Assembly (NCBI GenBank): GCA_018238625.1
Contig: JABCSY010000081.1
Coordinates: forward strand, 1 to 18,493
Direction: 5' to 3'
DNA length: 18,493 bases
Source: Promethearchaeota archaeon
GTDB lineage: Archaea; Asgardarchaeota; Lokiarchaeia; Sigyniarchaeales; SOKP01
The notes beneath the pieces were generated by a model, which did no database searches, was not told the DNA's origin, and was given only the letters and a program-made list of their open reading frames with translations. Of the stretch, positions 7,146 to 16,015 are shown one piece after another; position 1 is the stretch's first letter, and the number at the start of each line of letters is the position of its first letter. Position numbers and translations under genes: made by a program.

Positions 7146-8792
7146 ATGAAAAAGAAATCAGTCAAAGCGAGATTTATCAATACATTCGTTAGAGATGTTG
7201 ATATCTCTAAAGATTCATTTTTTTATTTATTTTTAACGCTATTTGCATTAATTTTAATGGTGGAAGTAACTGTACTCAGATATGTCTTACTAAATGAAAT
7301 AAATGTTATGTTAGAATTTGAAATAATCCTAGCCCTCTTTATAATAGCATTTGGTTTTATTATATCAGGATATTTAGTCGACCGAATAAAGAATAAAACT
7401 AAGAATTTTAACATTATATTCATTGTGTGCATAGTTGGTCTATTTTTAAGTACTTTTAAAAACACTTTCTTTGATCATTTTGGAATATTGATTGTTATAC
7501 TTGGATTAACTCAATTAACTTCTCTGTGGTTTTCTACATTAATTCATAACACAACGATATTAAATAGAGGGCGTATAACTGCATACTTATTAATCCTTTG
7601 CATCGGATCAAGCGTAATTAGCATATTTTTCACTTATTTTGATCTTTTATACAATTTTTTTTTTGTATTTATGGCTATTATTTTATTTTTTATTTATAAA
7701 ATTTCAAAAAAAAATCAATATTTAGAAAACGAAGAACGCTTAGAATCAACAACCAAATTTAAGGAAATAATATTTGAAAAACATTTTTTTAGGTATTCTT
7801 CTAGTTTCTTCGTTTTAAGTTTTATTTTGGGTGATTTAGTAGCAAGATTTACGCTTCAGATAAATTTAATTATTTTTTCAATAGCAACTATACTCTACCT
7901 TGTAGCTGCTGGCTACTTTTTAGATAACATCGGGAGAAAAATATCAATTGTCCTAGGTATACTTCTTCTTTCATTTTTTCTTATCACTTATGGTTCATAT
8001 ATAGAATCGCCAACTATTTTTGGATTACCTCGCGAAGTTTTCCTTTCAATACATTATGCTTTTTCGTTAGCACCACTACTATTAGCCATCTTCACGATCT
8101 CCGGAGATTTTTCGACTGAAAGAGAGAATTTAAGATATAGGGGTCGGATTAATGGACTTTTCATTTCTTTAGTATTTTTTGGTGTCATTTTTGGATTTTT
8201 CTTCAGTCGCACATTAAACCTTTTATATTTATTATATCCTGAATTAAATATTATTATTCCAGATTTTCCAAATAGGTTGAACTCCTTTTTACTGGTAATT
8301 TTACTTGTATGGATGATGGCAATGAAAGAAATTTTAATTTCTAAAGAAAAAAATTGGTCATCAGCAATAATAAATCTTTATGTTTTTAGCGTTAGTGGGG
8401 TTGGGCTTTACAATCATAATTTCAAGAAAAGTGCCCAAGGGGAAGAAAAAGAGAAGAAGAGAGAGATGGATGAAGATATTATTTCTGGTGCATTGACAGG
8501 CGTTGTAGCAATCATTTCTGAAATTACTCAAAGCAAAAAACAGCTAAGGAAAATTGACAAGGAAGGTTATGATCTTCTATTCTCTTTTGGAAAATACCAT
8601 ATTGCCTGCTTAATAACAAAAATAGATTTACCAGTGTTATTAAAGAAACTTGATGAGTTTTCAAAAGATTTTGAAGTAAAGTTCGGGAAGTATCTTAAAA
8701 AGTTTGCTGGAAATGTGTCCCCCTTTGAAGATACTAAGTATTTAGTTGAAAAATACTTCAATCAGAAATATTCTGCTTTATTTGGGGCATAA
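7146..8792 (+). CDS. MFS-type transporter fused to a C-terminal longin/roadblock-like domain
   Basis: About 12 hydrophobic helices, with MFS motif A-like GYLVDRIKNK (from 7368) and GYFLDNIGRK (from 7911) and RGR motifs in both halves. The soluble tail from about 8355 (IINLYVFSVSGVGLY..F, DEDIISGALTGV..IISEI, LLFSFGKYHIACLIT, LLKKLDEFSKDFE.KF...L..F.GNV..F) matches the longin-like domain common in Lokiarchaeia. Confidence 0.78.
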   Translation: MKKKSVKARFINTFVRDVDISKDSFFYLFLTLFALILMVEVTVLRYVLLNEINVMLEFEIILALFIIAFGFIISGYLVDRIKNKTKNFNIIFIVCIVGLFLSTFKNTFFDHFGILIVILGLTQLTSLWFSTLIHNTTILNRGRITAYLLILCIGSSVISIFFTYFDLLYNFFFVFMAIILFFIYKISKKNQYLENEERLESTTKFKEIIFEKHFFRYSSSFFVLSFILGDLVARFTLQINLIIFSIATILYLVAAGYFLDNIGRKISIVLGILLLSFFLITYGSYIESPTIFGLPREVFLSIHYAFSLAPLLLAIFTISGDFSTERENLRYRGRINGLFISLVFFGVIFGFFFSRTLNLLYLLYPELNIIIPDFPNRLNSFLLVILLVWMMAMKEILISKEKNWSSAIINLYVFSVSGVGLYNHNFKKSAQGEEKEKKREMDEDIISGALTGVVAIISEITQSKKQLRKIDKEGYDLLFSFGKYHIACLITKIDLPVLLKKLDEFSKDFEVKFGKYLKKFAGNVSPFEDTKYLVEKYFNQKYSALFGA

Positions 8793-8795
8793 ATG

Positions 8796-9290
8796 TCATT
8801 TTTTATTTAGTTCGATAATTTTATCAATGGATTTAATTATTGCATCTTCGATTCTTTTAAGAACTTTATTATATTCATTTTCCTCCAAATAGAAAGGATC
8901 TTCTATTTCTATATTTTCAATTTCACCAGCAAATTCTAATAGTAAAAAGACCTTTTCATCCAGATCCTTTAAATGCTTAAATTTTCTTTTCAGTTTTCGA
9001 ACATGATATTTCTCTTCAAAACATAGAATAAGGTCTTGATTGATTATCAATACATCATCGACATCCTTGGCTTGAAAATCGTCCATTTCAACACCTTTAG
9101 ATTTAAGATATTTAAGCGTGCCATCTTGAGGTTGCTCATAATAGTGATATATTCCTGCCGAATCAAACGCTATATTTTTTAATTCGTCTTTATATATCGT
9201 TTGTTGCAACCATTTTGCATAATATTCAGCAAATGGTGACCTGCAGGTATTACCACTACATAAAAAAAGGATGTTTTTAATTTTAGGCAT
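8796..9290 (-). CDS. Low-molecular-weight protein phosphatase, YwlE (arginine phosphatase)-like
   Basis: ILFLCSGNTCRSPFAE, FDSAG, DLILCFE and IEDPF. Confidence 0.92.
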   Translation of the reverse strand: MPKIKNILFLCSGNTCRSPFAEYYAKWLQQTIYKDELKNIAFDSAGIYHYYEQPQDGTLKYLKSKGVEMDDFQAKDVDDVLIINQDLILCFEEKYHVRKLKRKFKHLKDLDEKVFLLLEFAGEIENIEIEDPFYLEENEYNKVLKRIEDAIIKSIDKIIELNKK

Positions 9291-9400
9291 AATCTAAACC
9301 AAAAAATGTAGACAACCAAAAAAAAATTATTATTCTGTTCGATTAATTTTAACTTCCCTTCATTTATCAATTCCTTAAAATCCCTTTAAATTATCTGTAA

Positions 9401-10710
9401 ATTTACACCCTCTCCTTTATTTTAAGTGTAAATGTCTATTGAAACACATAGGAATGAGACTTACCGAACAAATCCAGATAAAAAAGACAGCAAACCTCTC
9501 GTGCTTATGCCATTTATCCAAAAATCTCTATAATGTGGCAAATTATTACGTGAGGCAAGAATTGTTTTATTTAGGAAACTGGTTAAGATATTACGATTTG
9601 TGGTATATATTAAAAGATAAAGAGGCTTACAAGAAACTTCCCTCGCAAACAGCTCAACAGATATTAAGGTTAATTGATAAGAATTGGAAATCGTTTTTTA
9701 ATTCCCTTAAAAATTGGAAGGTACAACCAAGAAATTATCAAAATCGCCCTAAACCTCCAAAGTATAAGAAGAAGAACGGAGAATTCTTACTTATTTTCAC
9801 TAATCAACAATGTCGAATCAAGGAGGGTTATTTATATTTTCCTGAAAAAGTAGCCATATCTCAAATAAAAACGCGCATTAAAAGTCAATTGCGTCAGGTA
9901 AGGCTCGTTCCTAAGGGATTATATTACATTGTAGAGATTATATACGAGGAAGATGTAAAAAATCTAAAGTTAGATAAAAAAAGAATTTTAGGGATTGATT
10001 TAGGCTTAGCCAATATCGTAACTATGGTAAATAATGTCGGACTACAACCTGCAATTATTAAAGGCGGTATTGCGAAGTCCACTAATCAATTCTACAACAA
10101 ACAATTAGCAAGGTATAAAAGCGTTAAAGATAAGAGTGGGATCGCGTTTGAAACGAGAAGAATTCAGAAGCTAACTAAAAAGCGAAATAACAAAATTAAC
10201 GACCAATTTCACAAAATTTCAAGAAGAATTATTAATTATTGTGTCTATAATAATCTTGGAACGATAATTATCGGGTATAATCAATTCTGGAAACAAGAAG
10301 TAAACATGGGTCGTATAAATAACCAAAAATTTGTTCAACTTCCTTATTTCAAATTGATTTTTCAAATTCAATACAAAGCCAAATTAGTAGGAATCGATGT
10401 TATCTTAGAAAAGGAATCTTACACTTCTAAATGCAGTTTTTTAGATAACGAATCCATTCAAAAACACAAAAATTATGCCGGAAAGAGAATTAACAGAGGG
10501 CTATTTCGAAGTAAGAAAGGAATTATCTTAAACGCCGATGTCAACGCGGGGTATAATATAATTAAGAAGGTAATCCCAAATGCCGTATTGGTTGATGGGA
10601 TAGAGGGTGTAGGGTTATATCCGTATTCTATTGCTGTTTCATAGTTAAAAAATTTAATAGAATAAAATTTTAATTCCATGAAGGAAAATTAAAAATAACC
10701 TTCCGTTCAA
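9401..10710 (+). mobile_element. Solo tnpB (IS1341-like) element of the IS200/IS605-IS607 superfamily; ends approximate
   Basis: tnpB has no tnpA next to it. The inverted repeat ATTTACAC/GTGTAAAT (9401-9408/9426-9433) lies upstream. The hairpin GAAGG/CCTTC (10680-10703) followed by TTCAA (10706-10710) lies downstream. Confidence 0.55.
9439..10644 (+). CDS. tnpB: TnpB RNA-guided endonuclease (ATG at 9454 is an alternative start)
   Basis: SKNLYN.ANY, LPSQTAQQ, RuvC-I GIDLG, HKISR.II, IIIGYN..WKQ, YKAKL.GI, ESYTSK, RGLF, RuvC-III NADVNAGYNI and the C-terminal DGIEGVG..P. Confidence 0.95.
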   Translation: MKHIGMRLTEQIQIKKTANLSCLCHLSKNLYNVANYYVRQELFYLGNWLRYYDLWYILKDKEAYKKLPSQTAQQILRLIDKNWKSFFNSLKNWKVQPRNYQNRPKPPKYKKKNGEFLLIFTNQQCRIKEGYLYFPEKVAISQIKTRIKSQLRQVRLVPKGLYYIVEIIYEEDVKNLKLDKKRILGIDLGLANIVTMVNNVGLQPAIIKGGIAKSTNQFYNKQLARYKSVKDKSGIAFETRRIQKLTKKRNNKINDQFHKISRRIINYCVYNNLGTIIIGYNQFWKQEVNMGRINNQKFVQLPYFKLIFQIQYKAKLVGIDVILEKESYTSKCSFLDNESIQKHKNYAGKRINRGLFRSKKGIILNADVNAGYNIIKKVIPNAVLVDGIEGVGLYPYSIAVS

Positions 10711-10808
10711 AAAGATATATAAAAATAATTTCATTTTGCTATTTTAAGATATTTTGGTAAAAACATGGGGTTTGAAAAAATATTTCGCTAAAACTTAAAA
10801 CGGGGTTC

Positions 10809-12359
10809 TTGATAATCGGAGGAGGCATTTCTGGCCTATCTTTAGCCATTAACTTAGCAGATATGGTTCCTGAGGAGGATATATTATTAATTACCAAAGA
10901 AAAATTATCAGAATGCAACACTTTTTATGCCCAAGGTGGAATCGCATGCGTGCGGGGCAAGAATGATAATTTTGAGAAACACATTCAAGACACATTGATC
11001 GCAGGGGATGGGCTTTGTGATGAAGAGGTTGTAAGGTTAATTGTATCAAAAGCGCCTGAAAGAATTGATCAATTAATTGAGATGGGAGTTGAATTCTCAA
11101 GGAATAACGAGGGGGAATATGATCTTGGAAAAGAAGGTGGTCACTCTGAAAGAAGAGTTCTTCACGTAAATGATTTAACAGGGCAGAATATAGAGCTTAA
11201 GCTTATCGAAAGAGTAAAAAAAATTCCAAATCTTCAAATTAAAGAAAATTGGTGTGCGATCAATTTATTCTGTAATAATTTTAGATGTGATGGCGCTTAC
11301 GTATTGGATCAAGAGAGCGAAGAGATTTACAATATTTCTGCTAAATCTACAATATTAGCAACTGGTGGTGCCGGTAAAATTTATCTTTATACCACAAATC
11401 CAGATGTCGCTTCTGGAGATGGGATTGCAATGGCATATCGTGCTGGAGCGATAATTGCTAATATGGAGTTTTATCAATTTCATCCAACTTGCCTTTATCA
11501 CCCATTTGCTAAATCGTTCTTGATAACAGAAGCCATGAGAGGTGAAGGTGCTGTTTTAAAAGATATTAAAGGCGATGAATTTATGGAAAAATATCATCCT
11601 TTAAAGGAATTAGCACCACGAGATATTGTATCACGGGCAATTGATAGAGAACTTAAACGAACTGGAGATGACCACGTAGTATTAGATTTTGCATCGTATA
11701 GAAGTCCCGACTTTATTAAAAGTCATTTTCCAGGTGTTTACGAACAATGTAAATTGTTTAATATCGACATTACTAAAGACCCAATACCCGTTGTCCCAGC
11801 GGCTCATTATAGTTGTGGAGGCGTGCTTGTCAAAGTAAATGGTTCTACAAAAGTTAAAAACCTCTACACAATTGGAGAATCATCTTGTACGGGATTACAT
11901 GGAGCTAATCGATTAGCAAGTAATTCTTTATTAGAAGGATTAGTATGCGCGTATGAATGTGCTAAAACACTTGCAAAAAAGTCGAAAGATCTGAAAATCA
12001 CCGTATTTAAAGAATGGGAACCTGGTCATGCCGTACCCTCTACAGAAGCGGTTATAATAACACAGAATTGGGACGAAATAAGAAGATTCATGTGGAATTA
12101 CGTTGGAATTGTCCGAACGGATAAGCGTCTTCAAAGAGCTAAAAAAAGAATTAATATGCTTCTGGACGAGATCAATCAATATTATTGGGATTTTAAAATA
12201 GAAAAAAATCTTGTTGAACTTAGAAATTTGGCTACTGTCGCAAAAATAATAATAGTGAGTGGAATAAGCAGGAAGGAGAGCAGGGGAATCCATTACAATT
12301 TAGATCATCCAAACAAATCTGAAATGAGTAGAGCTACTACAATAAGAAGACCTTGGTAA
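10809..12359 (+). CDS. nadB: L-aspartate oxidase (NAD biosynthesis); the true start is probably further upstream
   Basis: IIGGGISG, TFYAQGGI, EGGHS.RR.LH, QFHPT, LITEA.RGEG, ELAPRDIV, PAAHYSCGG, GLHGANRLASNSLLE and RKESRG.H. Confidence 0.95.
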   Translation: MIIGGGISGLSLAINLADMVPEEDILLITKEKLSECNTFYAQGGIACVRGKNDNFEKHIQDTLIAGDGLCDEEVVRLIVSKAPERIDQLIEMGVEFSRNNEGEYDLGKEGGHSERRVLHVNDLTGQNIELKLIERVKKIPNLQIKENWCAINLFCNNFRCDGAYVLDQESEEIYNISAKSTILATGGAGKIYLYTTNPDVASGDGIAMAYRAGAIIANMEFYQFHPTCLYHPFAKSFLITEAMRGEGAVLKDIKGDEFMEKYHPLKELAPRDIVSRAIDRELKRTGDDHVVLDFASYRSPDFIKSHFPGVYEQCKLFNIDITKDPIPVVPAAHYSCGGVLVKVNGSTKVKNLYTIGESSCTGLHGANRLASNSLLEGLVCAYECAKTLAKKSKDLKITVFKEWEPGHAVPSTEAVIITQNWDEIRRFMWNYVGIVRTDKRLQRAKKRINMLLDEINQYYWDFKIEKNLVELRNLATVAKIIIVSGISRKESRGIHYNLDHPNKSEMSRATTIRRPW

Positions 12360-12398
12360 TTTAAATCCAAATATAAGTATGAAAAGTTTTATTTATTA

Positions 12399-12417
12399 TT
12401 TTTTTCGAAAAAAAAAA
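12399..12417. terminator. T7-CG-A10 tract, possible (bidirectional) terminator after nadB
   Basis: TTTTTTTCGAAAAAAAAAA lies about 40 bp after the nadB stop. Archaeal terminators are typically oligo-T. Confidence 0.35.
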
Positions 12418-12582
12418 GATATTTTCTTTACTTCTGATTTTTTGATAACTACTCTTTAATTTTAGATTTCTTTTATATTGATCTAATATCGATAATCTTA
12501 TTAGCTGTTTTAATAGGTTTATATTTTGGGATAAATAAATATAAGAAAGAAAACACAGCCATATAATTAGGAATTAAAAATC

Positions 12583-14289
12583 ATGATTGAAGAAATAATT
12601 AGAAATACAACAAGTATTTGTCCAGAATGCCTACAACCAATTCCTGCCGAGATTTATGTTGATACAAACACGGATTGGGTTATGATGCGAAAGCATTGTG
12701 AGGAGCATGGAGATTTTAAAGATAAAATTTCGGTTAGCCCAGAGGAATACAAATGGAACCAGAGTTTCACTAATGAAATTGGATCAACTATAGATAACTC
12801 TTCAAAATCTACTGAAGTATCATCTGGCATTAGAGAAATCATTAATGGCTGCCCATATGATTGTGGACTTTGCGAGAATCACCAATCGGCACCTTGTATT
12901 GCCGTAATTGATCCTACAAATCGATGTAATTTAACTTGCCCAATATGTTTCGCTAATGCTAGTGCTAAAGGTTATGTTGTAGAACCTACTTTCGCTGAAA
13001 TTGTTCAAATTCTAAAGCATTTCAGATCTATCAAGCCTGTCCCTCCTATTTTGCTACAATATGCAGGGGGGGAACCAACATTAAGAAATGATCTACATGA
13101 TATCACCCGTAAAGCAAAAAAATTAGGATTTATAGAAGTTATGGTATCAACTAATGGTGTCAGAATGAGTAAATCAGTTGAATATTGTAGAGAATTAAAG
13201 GAATCTGGAATAGATGCTATTTATTTGCAATTTGACGCTACTGATGCTCCAGAGGTTTGGAAAAAAATGAGAGGCGTTAATTTATGGCCCATAAAACAAA
13301 GGGTCATTAAAAATTGCCGCACAGTCGGGTTAAAAGGTGTTATTTTGGTTCCAACTATTGCTAAGGGCGTAAATGACGATCAAATTGAAAACATTTTAGA
13401 ATTCGCTAAGCAAAATAATGATGTAGTTGCGGGCATCGTTTTTCAACCCGTTTCATTATGTGGTCGAATTAATTACGAAGAACTAATGGAATTGAGATAT
13501 ACTACATCTGATTTAAAGATAGCTATTAATAAAATAACTAATAACGCAATTAAAAAGTTTTATCCAATTGCTACATCTTCCAAATTCACTAGATTACTAG
13601 CTTGGTTCGACGACGTACCTTCTTTTTCAATGACAACCCATCCAGACTGTGGCTTCGGTACTATTGTAACAATTGATGATAACAATGAATGGAAAGCCCT
13701 AGAGACATATTTTGATGCCGAGGGGTTAGTTATATGGGCAAATCAAGTATGGGACATGGTTCGTAATAGAGAAATCCCAAAACCAACAGACTTTTTAAAG
13801 GGCATTAATCTAGAGAATTATGGTGGTGTAGCAAGCAGGATTGGTGATTTCTTCAATGATATGACTAACTTAGGGTATAGACAGATAATGAAGTCATATT
13901 TCTTCGCAGGTGCTTTAAAATATATTAAAAATCCATCACAAATCTTAACTAGCAAAATTTTTCAATCATTTACTAGGCTAATTTTATCGCCTAACTTAAA
14001 TTCAGCAAGTAACTTTTTACTTTCAAAAAACTTGTTAATATCATCCATGCATTTTCAAGATGTTTATAATTTTGATTTAGATCGAGTTAAAAACTGCATT
14101 GTACATTATGGAGTGATTGATCCAGATGACCCTAGCAAGGTTCTTCAAATACCGTTTTGCACAATGAATACTTTACATAGAGAAAAATTAGAGCTCAGAC
14201 ATAAACTGGCCAATCAAAGCACAATTAAACCTGAAATAATCCAGAACCAAATTAAAACTTATATTAAATCAATTGAAAAAGAAATATAA
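12583..14289 (+). CDS. tes: Radical SAM tetraether lipid synthase (Tes/GDGT-MAS family)
   Basis: N-terminal T.SICPEC...K.C.EHG.F, GCPYDCGLC..H, TNRCNLTCPICFANA (CxxxCxxC), GGEPT, YLQFD, FQPVS..GR, HPDCG, MHFQD.YNFD..RV..C and IPFC..N. Confidence 0.88.
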   Translation: MIEEIIRNTTSICPECLQPIPAEIYVDTNTDWVMMRKHCEEHGDFKDKISVSPEEYKWNQSFTNEIGSTIDNSSKSTEVSSGIREIINGCPYDCGLCENHQSAPCIAVIDPTNRCNLTCPICFANASAKGYVVEPTFAEIVQILKHFRSIKPVPPILLQYAGGEPTLRNDLHDITRKAKKLGFIEVMVSTNGVRMSKSVEYCRELKESGIDAIYLQFDATDAPEVWKKMRGVNLWPIKQRVIKNCRTVGLKGVILVPTIAKGVNDDQIENILEFAKQNNDVVAGIVFQPVSLCGRINYEELMELRYTTSDLKIAINKITNNAIKKFYPIATSSKFTRLLAWFDDVPSFSMTTHPDCGFGTIVTIDDNNEWKALETYFDAEGLVIWANQVWDMVRNREIPKPTDFLKGINLENYGGVASRIGDFFNDMTNLGYRQIMKSYFFAGALKYIKNPSQILTSKIFQSFTRLILSPNLNSASNFLLSKNLLISSMHFQDVYNFDLDRVKNCIVHYGVIDPDDPSKVLQIPFCTMNTLHREKLELRHKLANQSTIKPEIIQNQIKTYIKSIEKEI

Positions 14290-14403
14290 CATTATTTTTT
14301 TATTCTAATCTTTTAAGTTACAAATCATAATAATATAATATTATATTTCTACTCTCATTTATTAGCAATAATTTGATTAGAATTAAAAAATTGTGAAATA
14401 AGA

Positions 14404-15204
14404 TTGAGTCTTGGAAAGGGCATTAGAATTGAACGTTTGTTCGATCGAAAAAGCAAAAGAACGATAATTGTACCAATGGACCATGGTCTCACTGTTGGAA
14501 CGATTAAAGGATTAGAAAATTTGGCCGATATTGTCGATAAGGTGGCAATAGGTGGCGCAAACGCGGTTTTAATGCATTCAGGTATGGTTGGGGCGGGGCA
14601 TAGGCAGTACGGGCAAGATATAGGGTTAATTATTCACCTTTCGGGAGCAACAAGTTTAACTCCAGACCCTGATAGAAAAGTATTGGTGTGTTCCGTAGAG
14701 CGAGCCTTGAAAATGGGTGCAGATGGAGTTTCAATTCATATTAATATAGGGGCTGATGAGGAACCAGAAATGCTTCGAGACGCTCATAGTGTCGTCGAGT
14801 CATCAAGAGAATGGGGCTTACCCCTAATCGCTATGATGTATCCTAGAGGTAAAAAAATAAAAGATGAGAATGCTCCTGAAGTAGTTAATATTGCTGTAAG
14901 AGCTGGTGCTGAATTAGGGGCAGATATAGTTAAAACAAATTACACGGGAGATATTGACTCTTTTAAATATATCGTAAAAAGCGTTCATGTTCCAGTTATT
15001 ATAGCTGGCGGTCCAAAAACTGATACGATTCAAGATTTGTTCCAGCTAGTTTACGATTCTATCCAAGCAGGAGGTAAAGGAGTTGCGTTTGGAAGAAATG
15101 TTTTTCAAGCGGAGGATCCAACAAAAATTGTTAAAGCTCTATCTAAAATTGTACATCATGACTACACCGTAGAAGAAGTTCTAAAAGAATACCAAATTAA
15201 ATAG
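14404..15204 (+). CDS. aroA': 2-amino-3,7-dideoxy-D-threo-hept-6-ulosonate synthase (DhnA-type class I aldolase family)
   Basis: [27 protein letters not shown]...GAD.VSIH.N.G, AMMYPRG, GADIVKT.YTGD (Schiff-base Lys), IAGGPK and GRNVFQ. A class I FBP aldolase function cannot be excluded. Confidence 0.8.
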   Translation: MSLGKGIRIERLFDRKSKRTIIVPMDHGLTVGTIKGLENLADIVDKVAIGGANAVLMHSGMVGAGHRQYGQDIGLIIHLSGATSLTPDPDRKVLVCSVERALKMGADGVSIHINIGADEEPEMLRDAHSVVESSREWGLPLIAMMYPRGKKIKDENAPEVVNIAVRAGAELGADIVKTNYTGDIDSFKYIVKSVHVPVIIAGGPKTDTIQDLFQLVYDSIQAGGKGVAFGRNVFQAEDPTKIVKALSKIVHHDYTVEEVLKEYQIK

Positions 15205-15376
15205 ACGAGTTAAAGAAAATTATGAAACAAGATAAAATAGTTTCTTACCCTTATTTAATAAAGAGAGCGACAAAAGTTTCAATTGAATTTGTAATAATTT
15301 TGATATTACTTTTCTACTTGCCAGAAATACTTAACTTTTTTCGGTTTTTATACGGAATTTAAACGAGACGATAAAT

Positions 15377-15886
15377 ATGTTTCCGATTTTTCACATTGCT
15401 GTTCCGTTAATTCTCTTTGAATTACCACTGGTTAAGAAGAGATTTGAATTTAATAGATTTGCGTTAATAATTGGCTCGTTATTTCCAGATATTATTGACA
15501 AATTTCTACTCTTTACAAATTTAGGTTCAGGGAGGGGGATCTCACACACAATTTTGTTTATTATAATTAGTTTTGTTATTTTACACTTTATTACAAAAAG
15601 AAGAAAACCTATATCAATACCATTTTTAGTGGGAATGATTGTTCACTTAATTTTAGATCTACCAGAAGTACCACTTTTTTATCCATTTATCATGTATGAA
15701 TTTATTATAATTGAGGATCCTCTCGGATTATGGCTTTATACATTATTTAACAATCCCGTAGTTTATTTAACAGAGATAGCAGGGATTCTAATTATCATTT
15801 TTGTTTTATTAAATAACAAATTATACAATATAAAAGAAATTACAAATTATCTAAAGCGCAATGTTAATCTAGAACCTCAAAAATAG
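15377..15886 (+). CDS. Membrane-bound metal-dependent hydrolase (YdjM/DUF457-like)
   Basis: N-terminal His, GSLFPDIIDK, RGISHT and HLILD, with hydrophobic helices. Confidence 0.8.
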   Translation: MFPIFHIAVPLILFELPLVKKRFEFNRFALIIGSLFPDIIDKFLLFTNLGSGRGISHTILFIIISFVILHFITKRRKPISIPFLVGMIVHLILDLPEVPLFYPFIMYEFIIIEDPLGLWLYTLFNNPVVYLTEIAGILIIIFVLLNNKLYNIKEITNYLKRNVNLEPQK

Positions 15887-16015
15887 AACAAAAACATATC
15901 ATTTAACTTTTAATAGCAATACTACAATTTTTTATTTTTATAGCTTAGATTATTTTAATTAACATAATTGATTTTAAAATAACAATTACAAATTCGATTA
16001 CCACGAAAAATAAAA

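Noticed and set aside
2222-8761. Short ORFs 2222-2407, 4907-5122, 5970-6197, 7223-7465 and 8567-8761
   Set aside because: Each lies wholly antisense within a better-supported gene and has no recognisable motifs.
4128-9290. Arsenic-resistance cluster (ArsC plus an MFS efflux pump)
   Set aside because: The phosphatase-fold proteins lack the distal Cys pair of thioredoxin-coupled ArsC, and no arsR, acr3 or arsM is present.
9439-10644. Cas12f or nuclease-dead TldR
   Set aside because: There is no adjacent array or cas1/2/4, and the missing RuvC-II Glu is plausibly replaced by the Glu in ESYTSK.
9179-12842. Short ORFs 9179-9370, 10473-10679, 10739-10921, 10891-11100, 11940-12293 and 12654-12842
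   Set aside because: They overlap the phosphatase, tnpB, nadB or tes in alternative frames. None resembles TnpA (no HUH/Y1 or serine-recombinase motif).
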